Positions 19,261 through 29,100 of a stretch of 38,839 bases of DNA are shown here, piece after piece. The stretch is from UHGV virus genome UHGV-0037042, one strand, 5' to 3'. The position numbers and the translations under genes were made by a program. Under the pieces are notes generated by a model. The model was not told where the DNA came from, did not search any database, and worked only from the letters and a program-made list of their open reading frames with translations. This DNA comes from a virus. How positions within the stretch are numbered: the first letter of the stretch is position 1; each line of letters begins with the position of its first letter.

Positions 19261-19622
19261 TACTCTTCTTCCTCTTCGTAGTCTTCCTCTTCCTCGACTT
19301 CCTCAAGGTACTCGTTCAGCAAGTCCTCAGCGTCTTCCCAGAGGTCAATCGTGAGTTGCTCATAGATGCGAGCTTGCAGGATGCGAGTTACGTCCTTGGT
19401 GTCCGGCATAAGACCAGAGTCCTCGAACTCAAGGTCAATGCCCTCGCTTGCCATTACGCTGAAAATGTCGCTGTAATAGTGCGGAACGGCGCTATCGGCA
19501 GCCATATGAACAGCATCGTGCAGGTCATCAGTGTCGCGGATGTCATCATAACGAATGTTTTCTTTCAGCATTTCGTAAGCGTGGTCGAAAACGTTGTTGT
19601 AAGTCATGTTAGACATAGCCAT
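19260..19622 (-). CDS. ocr: Ocr, DNA-mimic anti-restriction protein gp0.3
   Basis: 120 aa [39 protein letters not shown]... with an acidic C-terminus. Near-identical to T7 Ocr. Confidence 0.96.
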   Translation of the reverse strand: MAMSNMTYNNVFDHAYEMLKENIRYDDIRDTDDLHDAVHMAADSAVPHYYSDIFSVMASEGIDLEFEDSGLMPDTKDVTRILQARIYEQLTIDLWEDAEDLLNEYLEEVEEEEDYEEEEE

Positions 19623-19642
19623 CTTGTGTTACCTCGTGCAGT

Positions 19643-19697
19643 TATTAGTGAATATCATAAAGGGCACCTTGCGATACCCTTGAGTTATCCGCTATTC
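19643..19697 (-). promoter_or_regulatory. RNase III site R0.3 upstream of ocr
   Basis: GTGAATATCATAAAGGGCACCTTGCGATACCCTTGAGTTATCCGC hairpin motif between A3 and the 0.3 ATG. Confidence 0.7.
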
Positions 19698-19887
19698 GTG
19701 CACCCAAGAGCTATTTACCAGATTGTTAAAGAACTTTAAGCTACAGTTTCATCGAGCCGAGGCTATTTCAGTGTTAGCCGTCACTTGCGTTGTAAGTCCG
19801 ACAAGCTCTTTATTATCGTGGTCGCTTGTGCTTTCGACATCTATCCACTATGTCGCGTTTTTACACCTACGACACTCGGTGTCTTTC

Positions 19888-19930
19888 AATGTGGTACATC
19901 GTACCGTGTTTACTGCATGTTGTCAACCAT
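19888..19930 (-). promoter_or_regulatory. Host σ70 early promoter A3
   Basis: TTGACA-17-TACGAT (AAACAAGATGGTTGACAACATGCAGTAAACACGGTACGATGTACC). Confidence 0.85.
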
Positions 19931-20002
19931 CTTGTTTAACTTTGTGTGCCGTGGTGCGCTTAAGTCACCTAGAAGACACCGTTCATCCGGTTGACGCTAC
20001 GT

Positions 20003-20042
20003 TGTGTATCTTACTGCATGTTACTTCGTGTTGTCAATGCCT
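20003..20042 (-). promoter_or_regulatory. Host σ70 early promoter A2
   Basis: AAAAACAGGCATTGACAACACGAAGTAACATGCAGTAAGATAC (TTGACA-18-TAAGAT). Confidence 0.85.
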
Positions 20043-20129
20043 GTTTTTCGTATGACTTATCAGGCTGTCTACTTATCCGGTTGACTCCGGTATCTCAGGG
20101 AGTGGCTTTAAGGCCGTTGTCCCGTTGAC

Positions 20130-20170
20130 GAGATGAATAGTAACCTTTAGGACTCTTTAAGTCAACACTA
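20130..20170 (-). promoter_or_regulatory. Host σ70 early promoter A1
   Basis: TTGACTTAAAGAGTCCTAAAGGTTACTATTCATCTCG, with -35 TTGACT, a 17-nt spacer and a -10 element. Position matches T7 A1. Confidence 0.85.
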
Positions 20171-20218
20171 ATTTTAATAAATCTTTAAATTAATCTCTTT
20201 AAGGCCTTTAAGTAGTCT

Positions 20219-20240
20219 CTCCTTATAGTGAGTTGTATTA
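20219..20240 (-). promoter_or_regulatory. φOL promoter
   Basis: TAATACAACTCACTATAAGGAG (revcomp). Confidence 0.85.
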
Positions 20241-20437
20241 AAGAGATAATGATTAAAGGGTATCTCTTTATAGATAACAACAAGGCATCTTTAGGGATAG
20301 GCTTTAGGATGGTCTTTAGGCTGGTCTTTAGAAGATACTTTAAGATGGGGATTGACTCATGGTGTCTTTAGGTGTAGGCTTTAGGTGTTGGCTTTAGGAA
20401 GGACTTTAGGAGGTGACTTTAGGAGGCTGTAACAGAT
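20241..20437 (-). repeat. Left-end array of CCTAAAG-type short repeats (SRL) between the TR and φOL
   Basis: At least 12 copies of CTTTAGG (revcomp CCTAAAG) spaced 7–14 nt apart. Confidence 0.8.
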
Positions 20438-20583
20438 AGGGACAAGAAGAGACACTCAAGGTAACACTCAAGGGTCATCCCAACCCTTAGGGAACCCTCA
20501 AGGTCAACTGAAAGTTGACTTTAGGTGATTGGCTGGGCTTTAGGTACCCCTATGGGGGAACTTTAGGTCCGTACACTGTGAGA
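20438..20583 (-). repeat. Single collapsed copy of the terminal repeat. The mature left end is at 20583 and the right end at 20438.
   Basis: The revcomp reads TCTCACAGTGTACGGACCTAAAGTTCCCCCATAGGGGTACCTAAAGCCCAGCCAATCACCTAAAG...GTGTCTCTTCTTGTCCCT, which is the T7 left-end start and TR end as remembered. Right-end unique sequence lies on one side and left-end repeats on the other. Confidence 0.7.
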
Positions 20584-20822
20584 TAGTCACTCAGATTTTT
20601 ATGGTATATTTTAAAGGACCCTCTAGGAACTCCCTAGGCCCTCTCTAGGACTCTCTTTAGGTAACACTGATAGACTGGCCTATCTTTAGGTATAGACCTT
20701 AGGATAGACCATTAGAGGCTCTTTATGGGTATACTTTAGGACTTGACTCTATAGGGATGAAGTGGTGTGATGTAATCATACCGCTGAATCCCTCGGTGAA
20801 CCGTCAGTCGGTCAGGAAGACC
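20584..20822 (-). repeat. Right-end unique region with CCTAGG/CCTAAAG-type repeats (packaging / concatemer-processing region)
   Basis: GATAGTCACTCAGATTTTTATGGTATATTTTAAAGGACCCTCTAGGAACTCCCTAGG... matches the T7 right end preceding the TR. Repeated CTAGG/CTTTAGG motifs. Confidence 0.7.
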
Positions 20823-20972
20823 TTAATCAACACAAGTAAGTAAAGAGCAAACGGTAGACTCCAATGAACTGAGGTCTCCATTAAGAACTGCGTAACCAAG
20901 GGCAGCACAAAGTACCATAAGAAAGCGGTAGGTGACTCTATGCCGCAGTAGGTTCAACAATAAGCGGAACAT
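20823..20972 (-). CDS. 19.5: gp19.5
   Basis: 49 aa MFRLLLNLLRHRVTYRFLMVLCAALGYAVLNGDLSSLESTVCSLLTCVD, with a GGAGGAG RBS, downstream of φOR. Read by hand. Confidence 0.75.
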   Translation of the reverse strand: MFRLLLNLLRHRVTYRFLMVLCAALGYAVLNGDLSSLESTVCSLLTCVD

Positions 20973-21126
20973 GAGTCTCCTCCTTTATGTTGGTCTTTAA
21001 GTTAAGGTGATATTAATACAATATAATCACCATTCTTAGAGGTCACTTTAGGTACACTACTATGCATACTTTATGCACTCTATAAGTATTCATTCAGTAT
21101 CTATATAGTAACCTTTCGTCCCTCCT

Positions 21127-21149
21127 CTCCCTATAGTGAGTCGTATTAA
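21127..21149 (-). promoter_or_regulatory. φOR promoter
   Basis: Exact consensus (revcomp) between gene 19 and 19.5. Confidence 0.95.
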
Positions 21150-21229
21150 TTTATCGTGTCTTTTCAGTAACTTAAAGAACTGACCATCCGTGGTCTATAG
21201 TGCATCCCTATGCAGTCTCAATGCATAAA

Positions 21230-22990
21230 TCACCACTCAATGAAAGACGTACCGTAACCCTCATCGTCCTCAGAGTACACATCAATACCACCAACGGACA
21301 TCTCAATGATGTGTGTGGCAGCAACTGTAGGGCGCATCATGTGTTCCTCAAGGAAGTCAGCAAGCACTTCACCTTCGACCTTAACGGAATCCAACTGCAT
21401 GGACTCACGGAGATACTCAATGCCTAACGCAAGAGCATCCAATCGGTCATCGTGTGCCAGAGCGCCTTTCTCACGAGTGATACGGGTCATCTGGTAGAAC
21501 AGTGAGTACTTAACGTCATGCTTACCGTCTACGTCACGAGCGGACTGATAGTCTGCCCGAATGACCTCATCACGAATGACAAGGCGGTGAGTCTGCATGA
21601 CTGGCTCAAGGGTATCACAAATACGCATCTCCTTCATACCACGAGCACGAATCTCTTCCATCGCACAGTTGTGGTGTTTAAGAAGGATAGGACTGAATAC
21701 CTTACCAAACATACCGTCACCGAAGTTACTCTCGTAGACAACCGTCTGGACTCCCCATTGCTTGGCTTTCTTAGCGAGCAACTCAAGGGTCTTATCGGAG
21801 TAACCATCACGGAAACCTCCAGCTTCCATAAGGTAGATGTAACCGTTGAGGGTATACAGTACAGCGTAACCTGTTTCATCCTTACCGCGACCACTTGGGT
21901 CAATGACCAGAATCTTCTGTTGATACTGACCAGAGTTGTTGGAGCAATCATGGTACGTATGAAGGTCATCACCCTTAAGGCCAACGTTAGGAAGGTCCTC
22001 AATGATGTTCTGACGGTTCGGAAGCCACTGGTAATGCATTGGTGCCTTCTCTAAGTCTAAGGCCGCTACGATAGCGTCACGGAGCCTCAGAGGGTACTTC
22101 TCGGCATCACTCAGGTTAGGGTTAAGCATGAACTGTAGCGTAAAGCCAGCCTTACCGTATTCCAACTCACGCTCTCGAAGGTCATCACGGTCGAATCGCA
22201 CAGGGTCTGTAGGAGTCCCAGCAAGAATCTCAGGGTTCTCCTCGTACTCAGCACGAAGCATTGGTGCCAGACGCTGAGAGTAGTAGAGGTTCTCTTCGTG
22301 TGTCCTTGGATACAGGGCAGGCCAGATGATAGTGGTGTACCCACGGTTATCCTCAAGTTCCTTATAGAGAGTCATCTCAGTCTGAGGAGTACCAAGGTAG
22401 ATAACGCGGGAAGTAGGCAGCGGCTTAAGTAATGCAGCGAACTCCTGAACGAGAGTCCATAGTTTCTCACGGGCACCCATAGTTGCGCTGTTAGACGGAA
22501 TCTCAACGTCATCCGCAATGATAATGTCAGCACGGCTACCAGTTAACTGACCAGTGATACCTACTGATTTAACACTAGGAGAGTGGTCAGGCTTAGCTGG
22601 CCCTACATCGAAACTAATCACAGAATCACGCTGTCCGGGTCTCGGCTTCAACTCACTGAGAAACGGTAGCAGGTCGATGATGTTCTTGATGAAGATGGAG
22701 TTAGCGTCTGCACGTTCCTTAGAGGCCGATACAATAAGTATCTTCAACTGTGGGTCTCTCCATAAGGACCACACAACGAACGCACATGTAATGAACGACT
22801 TACCGATACCACGGAAAGCCTGTAGTATGAACTTCTTGTTGTCCCCGTTCGCCAGTACCTTAGCCATGTCAATTTGGCACTTAGTCGGTACAGGAAGGTT
22901 TAACGCCTTCCATAAGACGAACAGGAACGCCACGAAGTCACCTTTCAGTTGCGCCACAACGAGCGCATTACGATTGGCTTGAGCGGACAC
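21230..22990 (-). CDS. 19: Terminase large subunit gp19
   Basis: 586 aa, same length as T7 gp19 with near-identical sequence. Confidence 0.98.
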   Translation of the reverse strand: MSAQANRNALVVAQLKGDFVAFLFVLWKALNLPVPTKCQIDMAKVLANGDNKKFILQAFRGIGKSFITCAFVVWSLWRDPQLKILIVSASKERADANSIFIKNIIDLLPFLSELKPRPGQRDSVISFDVGPAKPDHSPSVKSVGITGQLTGSRADIIIADDVEIPSNSATMGAREKLWTLVQEFAALLKPLPTSRVIYLGTPQTEMTLYKELEDNRGYTTIIWPALYPRTHEENLYYSQRLAPMLRAEYEENPEILAGTPTDPVRFDRDDLRERELEYGKAGFTLQFMLNPNLSDAEKYPLRLRDAIVAALDLEKAPMHYQWLPNRQNIIEDLPNVGLKGDDLHTYHDCSNNSGQYQQKILVIDPSGRGKDETGYAVLYTLNGYIYLMEAGGFRDGYSDKTLELLAKKAKQWGVQTVVYESNFGDGMFGKVFSPILLKHHNCAMEEIRARGMKEMRICDTLEPVMQTHRLVIRDEVIRADYQSARDVDGKHDVKYSLFYQMTRITREKGALAHDDRLDALALGIEYLRESMQLDSVKVEGEVLADFLEEHMMRPTVAATHIIEMSVGGIDVYSEDDEGYGTSFIEW

Positions 22991-23001
22991 AGGGTTCCTC
23001 C

Positions 23002-23445
23002 TTACTTGATTTCCTGCTTACGTTGCAGTTCACGAATAGTATCTTGTAACGCACGAATCCATGCGTCACCCTTTTGGGTCACTGCGAGAATACGCTTAGC
23101 ATCTCGCTCGTCAAGTTCGGCTCGACCATCAGGCTCGAATCCACACTGACCATCGGAGGCTCCGGTAGTTTTGATTCTGACGCGCAACCGCTTATTGTCG
23201 CTACGCAAATCAGAAATAATCCTATCAGTGCTCCCCTCCAGCGCGGCAAGGTCTTCTTGATACTTAGCCGATATTTCATTGAGTGCTCTTTGAGTGCTCG
23301 CTGTAGCCTCAACTTTCTTAACGTACTCATTCTGTACCTCCTGTTTCCACTTGGCATCCATTGAGTCTGCCCCAAGTTGCCATCCCCATCCGAATAGCAT
23401 CCCAGCGAGAACCCAAGGGACCAGCTTACGTAAAAATTCCAGCAT
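23002..23445 (-). CDS. 18.5: i-spanin (Rz-like) gp18.5
   Basis: 147 aa with an N-terminal TM segment and coiled-coil. T7 18.5-like. Confidence 0.9.
   Translation of the reverse strand: MLEFLRKLVPWVLAGMLFGWGWQLGADSMDAKWKQEVQNEYVKKVEATASTQRALNEISAKYQEDLAALEGSTDRIISDLRSDNKRLRVRIKTTGASDGQCGFEPDGRAELDERDAKRILAVTQKGDAWIRALQDTIRELQRKQEIK
23079..23330 (-). CDS. 18.7: o-spanin (Rz1-like lipoprotein) gp18.7, embedded in 18.5 in the +1 frame
   Basis: 83 aa from [10 protein letters not shown]..., with lipobox ATISGC. Lies entirely inside gene 18.5. Confidence 0.85.
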   Translation of the reverse strand: MSTLRKLRLQRALKEHSMKYRLSIKKTLPRWRGALIGLFLICVATISGCASESKLPEPPMVSVDSSLMVEPNLTSEMLSVFSQ

Positions 23446-23496
23446 AATGCCTCCCGTTAACTTTCAGATTTCACGTAGGAGCATCTCGTATAGACA

Positions 23497-23544
23497 ATGA
23501 CATCCATAAAGACCACTACATATAGTGGCCTTGAGCATATCACT
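23497..23544 (-). promoter_or_regulatory. RNase III site R18.5
   Basis: CATCCATAAAGACCACTACATATAGTGGCCTTGAGCATATCAC between genes 18 and 18.5. Confidence 0.7.
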
Positions 23545-23809
23545 GTAATGTGTAAATATCGTCATCCGTAAGACCGTTATCACCGACTTTCTCTTTGTAC
23601 TCTTCAAGAGCACCAGCAAGGCCGCCCAAGATGTGAACATCCGGCTGCAACTTACCAATCTGGAACTTGTGTCGGTCTAACAGTTTGTTAATAGCATTAT
23701 AGAGTTGCGGAGTCCGACGCTCATCATTGGATAAATCAGCAAGCATACGCTGAGCCATCGCAGTGTCCAACATCTCTAAGAATGTAATAAGGCTCTTATC
23801 CTTTTCCAT
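23540..23809 (-). CDS. 18: Terminase small subunit gp18
   Basis: 89 aa from MEKDKSLITFLEMLDTAMAQRMLADLS..., with a GGAG RBS. The track ORF begins at an upstream GTG. Confidence 0.9.
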   Translation of the reverse strand: MEKDKSLITFLEMLDTAMAQRMLADLSNDERRTPQLYNAINKLLDRHKFQIGKLQPDVHILGGLAGALEEYKEKVGDNGLTDDDIYTLQ

Positions 23810-23814
23810 ATGTT

Positions 23815-24018
23815 TCACTCCTTATTGGCTCTCTTCCAGTCAATCATCTTATCGACTACCTTGGCACCAATCTGAACCACTGTGTAGGCGATAGCGGCAA
23901 CGTAGAACCATTCGTTTAGCGACAATCCAAAGAAGAGACGGGCTGCACCATCAGCCACACCCGTCCCTACAATCGGAGCCGCCTTTACGATTTCGTTGTT
24001 GAAATCTAAAGACAACAT
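23815..24018 (-). CDS. 17.5: Class II holin gp17.5
   Basis: 67 aa MLSLDFNNEIVKAAPIVGTGVADGAARLFFGLSLNEWFYVAAIAYTVVQIG..., T7 holin-like. Confidence 0.92.
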   Translation of the reverse strand: MLSLDFNNEIVKAAPIVGTGVADGAARLFFGLSLNEWFYVAAIAYTVVQIGAKVVDKMIDWKRANKE

Positions 24019-24032
24019 TTAGTTTACCTCCA

Positions 24033-24416
24033 TTATCCCTCCCTAAGCGCACGAAGTTCAACCATCAGAGCCTCAAGGTCTGCTTGGATTTCCTCAGGTG
24101 TACGTTTAGGTGGCTTAGGGATATCCTCGAAGGACTCCCCGTTCCAAAGTTTAACACGTTGCCACTCAGGGTCGAACTCATCGGTGACAATCACCAGACC
24201 GCCCTCAGGTGGCGCATAAGTGCCGTTAACAGTACCATCGGAGAACCATGAGATGAATCCGTTCTTATCGATACCGACGACCCATCTCTCAGGTCGGTCC
24301 TCAAGTTCAACCATGAGTTCATACCAATCGGTCCCACAAGAGGCCGTCACGTCATAAGTGGCGATACCACCGTAAGCGGTAGTTACTTCGTATGTCCAGT
24401 TAGTAAATTTACGCAT
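24033..24416 (-). CDS. Hypothetical 127-aa protein between tail fibre and holin; possible tail-fibre assembly/chaperone-like accessory
   Basis: Clean ORF with a TAAGGAGA RBS 7 nt after the gene 17 stop. Compact operon spacing (ATG 14 nt after the upstream stop). No counterpart at this position in T7. The C-terminus (EEIQADLEALMVELRALREG) is helical. Confidence 0.75.
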   Translation of the reverse strand: MRKFTNWTYEVTTAYGGIATYDVTASCGTDWYELMVELEDRPERWVVGIDKNGFISWFSDGTVNGTYAPPEGGLVIVTDEFDPEWQRVKLWNGESFEDIPKPPKRTPEEIQADLEALMVELRALREG

Positions 24417-24425
24417 AATGTCTCC

Positions 24426-26090
24426 TTATTGGGAAGCAACCAATCGTTTATTACCGTTGTGATATCCAAGCCAAAGCGCTCGGAAGAATGCACCCGCAAC
24501 GTTACCGCTACCATCAGCGGTTACACCAGAGCAGGCTTCCCCAGCACCAGCAACTATGTCTGCATAACCTCCCCACTTTTGTACCCAGCGTTGAGGCCCC
24601 CAATAAACATCGCCGGGCCAGTTAGCCCTAATCCAATCATCAAGGTATCCGGTATTATACGCAGTACCCCAAATTCTACCATCAGGGTCAAAAGAGCCAT
24701 TCCGTACAACCACACGTCCACCATCGGCCCAAATCTCCCCAGGGACGCGGAAGTCTCCATTGGTATTGAACGTCCAAAGTTTATCACCTGCCCCTTCGTC
24801 TTTCATATGTACGTGGAATGACGGAGACGTACCAGTCAGTAATGTACCGATAGACCAGCATCCTGCCCACCGTCCAGATTGGTAAGTTCGTTGCTTTATT
24901 ATTGGGTGATATGAGCTTGTAGACTGTACATGAATCTGTTGGAAGAAAGGAGCTTTAGTGTTATACTGGTCAGCGAAAGCGTGAGCTATGCGATCATCAG
25001 CATCTGACTCTAACACACCGCCAGCTATTGTTAACTGATTAAGTCGAATCTGGTGACGATGTTGCCCAGTCTTGTCCGCTGCATACTCTATGAACCCTAT
25101 ACCGTCCGGTCGGTCCATAGCGAAGTCAGACTTAAGGAAGTCGCCTTCTTCCCAAAGATCCATACGGAACCTAAACGCGTGGTTCGTTTGTAGTTGGTAT
25201 ACGGGACCTCCGACCCAATAGCCGCTTCCTTTCCAGAATACACTATCACCCTGAACACTATCTACAGCACCAGCAAGTCCGTTCCAGTTACCAAGTTTAT
25301 CAGCCTCACGCTCGGCGCGGTCTGCTTGCTGTTCTGCCAGAGTAGCAGAGTTAGCGGAAGCAGTTGCGGAGTTAGCAGCGTTCACCTCAGATTGATGTGC
25401 GGCAGTAGCAGAGTTCCCAGCAGATGTAGCATATTGACCAGCCGTATTCTTGAACTGTTCGGCCTCATCTCGGAACCCCTTAGCCTCATTACGCCACTGA
25501 TTGGTATTCGAAGCGTTAGTGCTGGACTCGTTCTTAAAGCCCTCCGCTTGATTACGGAAAGTCTCAGCCTCATTACGGAACTGTAAGGCTTCATTACGAG
25601 CTTGCCATGAGTTCTGGTTCATGGTCTTAAGTTGACCAAACGGAACAGCGTCACGGTCGTCCACGGCGTTTGCTAGGTTGACGATACGACGACCACGAGC
25701 ATCCAAGTGACCATCATTATTGACACCAATCGTATCAGCAGTTAGGTCACGAGCTTCTTCTGCTACATGCATTGTCTGAATCTGGGCCACGTTAAGGTCA
25801 TAAGCACGGAGGATTGAGCCATCCGTAAAGTCGACCAAGCGGTCTGTAGTGGAGGTTACTCGACGCAACTCAATGGTTGTATAACCATCGGCTGGACCCC
25901 AAGCCTTGGTCAGAGAGATGGTAGTGCGTGTAGCAAAGCGATAGTCTGTATTAATCGTAAGGACCTTACGGTCTACGCCAATAAGAGTTACCACTACGAA
26001 CTTACGGGCTAGATACTCAAACGGAATATTAAAATCACGCGTAGAGCCATCCAGCGGGTAAGTCAAAACGGTCTTAATTACGTTAGCCAT
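24426..26090 (-). CDS. 17: Tail fibre protein gp17 (T7-like N-terminal ~270 aa, divergent distal part)
   Basis: 554 aa. The N-terminal adaptor and coiled-coil region matches T7 gp17. Sequence after ~KLGNWNGLAGAVD...VFWKG is unrelated to the T7 distal domain. Confidence 0.93.
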   Translation of the reverse strand: MANVIKTVLTYPLDGSTRDFNIPFEYLARKFVVVTLIGVDRKVLTINTDYRFATRTTISLTKAWGPADGYTTIELRRVTSTTDRLVDFTDGSILRAYDLNVAQIQTMHVAEEARDLTADTIGVNNDGHLDARGRRIVNLANAVDDRDAVPFGQLKTMNQNSWQARNEALQFRNEAETFRNQAEGFKNESSTNASNTNQWRNEAKGFRDEAEQFKNTAGQYATSAGNSATAAHQSEVNAANSATASANSATLAEQQADRAEREADKLGNWNGLAGAVDSVQGDSVFWKGSGYWVGGPVYQLQTNHAFRFRMDLWEEGDFLKSDFAMDRPDGIGFIEYAADKTGQHRHQIRLNQLTIAGGVLESDADDRIAHAFADQYNTKAPFFQQIHVQSTSSYHPIIKQRTYQSGRWAGCWSIGTLLTGTSPSFHVHMKDEGAGDKLWTFNTNGDFRVPGEIWADGGRVVVRNGSFDPDGRIWGTAYNTGYLDDWIRANWPGDVYWGPQRWVQKWGGYADIVAGAGEACSGVTADGSGNVAGAFFRALWLGYHNGNKRLVASQ

Positions 26091-26140
26091 TTGACCTCCT
26101 TAAAGTAAATCTAAAATACTACAGGGAGAAGACCTTCTCC

Positions 26141-26163
26141 TCTCCCTATAGTGAGTCGTATTA
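26141..26163 (-). promoter_or_regulatory. φ17 promoter
   Basis: Exact consensus (revcomp), overlapping the gene 16 stop. The leader contains a GGAGAAG/CTTCTCC stem. Confidence 0.95.
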
Positions 26164-29100
26164 TTTCCGACGCTCCTTCAAGTTGACACCGTTGGCCTCA
26201 TAAATCTTCAACACAAGCTGTTGAGTCAGAGGGTCGTTAGGTACTAACTCTTTTGTAGAGTTCATTAAGCCAGTCATGAAGTCCTGCTCGGTAGCCTTGT
26301 TTGGGGCATTAACCACACCAGCAGTGTTCAGTAGGGTAGCACCAACGTTAGCCACAAAGCCAGCCGAAGGCATCTGCTCCAGAAGGTTTGAACCCATAGC
26401 ACCCATTACCTCCCACGAGGTGTATGGCTTGTTAGGGTCTCGTTTCTTCATGGTGTCCTTAGGCAGAATCGTGGAACGAGCCATCTTAGAGGACTCGACA
26501 CCGAACGCACCACCGATAAGGTCAGCCATAGCTAAAGGTGCACCCAATTGAGAACTACGAGACAAGGAAGCGTGAGCAATCATGGTTGGGTCAAGTGCTC
26601 GCTCTAAGTACTCCTTACGTTTCTCCTTAGGCATTCCGTATGCTTTGACGTGTGCAGCCATTGCATAGTAGCCACCAGCAAGCCCCATGGAGATGATACC
26701 TGTCAAGGCAGCATCAACCGCACGGCTATTCTTGTAGCCATCATAGAAGAGCTTGATGAACTTAGAGTTCAGCGACTTGATGGTAAACGATTTGAACTGC
26801 ATTACCATCTTACCAAGCGCACCAAAAGCATGGGAATCCTGTAAGGACACCTTATGTGGACGCAGCATCGCTTCATCTGCAACCTTATCAGCAAGTCGCC
26901 ACAGGTCCATAGCCCTAGGGTCCATAGAGAACGCTTGTTTGTCCTTGACAGTGTACTTACCGTCCTCACCGCGAACCATGTGTTCCTTGATGAGCGCCTT
27001 GATTCCTTTCATCTGTTCAGGCGTTACCGATGCACCACGGAGGAATCCTTCCTTCTCCCAGCGAGTAGTCTTACCAGATAGGGTGGCACTAATCACATCC
27101 CCAAGCATACCTTGACGGGCAGCATCAAGAAGATAGTTAGTGGTCCCATTAAGCATCTTCGTCCACGGAGAACGAGCAGCCAATTCCTGTGTGGAATACT
27201 TCAAGGTCCCTACGATGTTCGCAACCATCGGTCCTGTATCAGTTGCCTCCCGCAGTCGCTGAACAATGTCAGCACGTTTAGGCCGAATCAACTGGTCCAC
27301 TTCCTTCCCGAACAGAGACGCATGGAGTTCCTTGAGTTCCTTAGCGGAAACTGGTTTAGACTTATAGAGAGTATCACGAAGAATCGGAATACCGTGACCG
27401 AGAGCACGGACGTTACCAGTAGCAATCATCCCAGCAATCTCAGTAAGGTTCTGAGCACCCATATAGGCGTTCTTAGCGAAGAACCCTAAGTCATTGATAG
27501 AACGCAGTGAGGTTTCCCAAACTGTGTCGTGATTACGTCGAGCACGTCCGGTGAGAATCTTAACGGTATCCATAAGAGCATGAACCTCGCCAGTCTTCTT
27601 ACCGTTACCCTCAGCACTTGCTTTGAGAGCTAGAATCTCGTCCTTAAGTTCCTGAGTGGTTTTACCGGTAGACCCCATGATAGCAATGTCGCCATTGATA
27701 CGACGGTCATATGCAGGCATGATGCGGAACATGTCGAAGTCCCTTAGGTCATTCACGGCAAACTGTTGTCCATCAGGCATCGTGATAGATAAGTCAGAGT
27801 CAAACAAGTTACGAGCTTCAAGGAACGAGTTGTTCTCAATACCTACTAGGCCCTCAATGTTCTCTTCAATCACAGAACTGTTAGTGAACTGGTCTGAATG
27901 AGAGATACCGTATGCCTTGTCCATAGCGTACTTCTCAACCATCTCCGGCGTAACTTCCTTTACCCCATGAACTTCCTTGAGCATCTCATCAACACGTGCT
28001 TTGACCTCAGGGCGGGAGGCATAGCTGTTCAACCAAGAACGGGCAATACCTTCCTGTAACCCTTCGGCACCGTACCGTTGAATCATCAGAGCCTTGGCGT
28101 GACGGTCGTAAACGTGCGGGATGTAGGTTCCTTTATGGCGACTCTCAGGGAAGATGCTTACAGCCTTCGTATTACCGAAGATTGCTGGATTCTCCATGAG
28201 TTCACGCTTAGTATCAAAGTGGCGCTTAATGATGTCCATTACGATACGCTCAGACGGAGTGAGAACCTTCTGTAGTTCTGGACGCTCAATAGCCAATGCC
28301 GCTCTACGGTAGATAGTGTAACGAGCCTCTTCTCGTGACATCTTAGAGCCACCCGTAGAGAACTCAGGGTCTTTCATAGCGTCTGACATTGCTTTGTACA
28401 GGTCGTTGTAGGTTCTCTGGTCGGTACTGTGGAGTCTCTCGTGGATGTCAGATGCAGTAGCCCCAAACTTACCTGAGGCACCCGATTGCATCCCAGTAGG
28501 AGAACGCACAAGGTCAATCGCTATCCTGCGAATATTGGCATCGTCAGACCCTAAGGTCTTCAAGCCAATCTCAGTGAACCCTGCCAGTTTAACGCCCCAC
28601 GCAGCCTTCTCAGGGTCAACCTCAGAGAACTCTTTGAGTGTCTTAGGGTTGATTGGGTTACTTGCGCTAATCACAGAACCGTCATGGAGTACCACAGCGC
28701 CCTTCTCAGTAGGAAGGTCTTCATAAGGTACACCATTGTGCTCACCTTCAAACTTCATGTTTTCTGTGTTCATCCGAGAGAGGTCCGTAGAGTTAGCGTT
28801 ACGCGCTGTCTCACGGGCTTCCATTCGCATCATAGGGCCAATGAACTCATTGTCGAACTCGGCTTCTGGTTTACCACGTTTGAGTCCAGCAGCTATAGCG
28901 TCACTGATTGCAGACATACCAGCACCGAACACAAAGCCACCTAAGGCAGCACCTGCATAGTCTGAGTCACCACCAGCCACAGAGGTTAGAAGTCCTTCGG
29001 AGGCTACGTTAAGTGCTGCACTCTCAGCGCCTACAACAAGTGCCTTATTGATTAGCTTAAAGCCTTTACCAGTTACACCGACCATCGGAACGTAGCTCAG

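Noticed and set aside
19723-20055. Plus-strand ORFs of 110 aa and 69 aa (19785..19994) in the left-end region
   Set aside because: They lie across the A2/A3 host promoters and the RNase III site on the opposite strand from every real gene. No RBS. Low-complexity Cys/Val/Leu-rich translation typical of antisense reading of a promoter region.
20241-20437. Regularly spaced short direct repeats (CTTTAGG) that superficially resemble a CRISPR array
   Set aside because: The repeats are only 7 bp with irregular 7–14-nt spacers. They correspond to the well-known T7 left-end CCTAAAG repeats next to the terminal repeat. No cas genes are present, as expected for a lytic podophage genome.
21011-21036. 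GGTGAT…ATCACC inverted repeat between φOR and 19.5
   Set aside because: Only a 6-bp stem with a 14-nt AT loop. It lies in the known concatemer-processing region, but the evidence is too weak to call a specific element.
24554-24787. 77-aa ORF inside gene 17
   Set aside because: Embedded out-of-frame within the tail-fibre gene, with no start context. Likely spurious.
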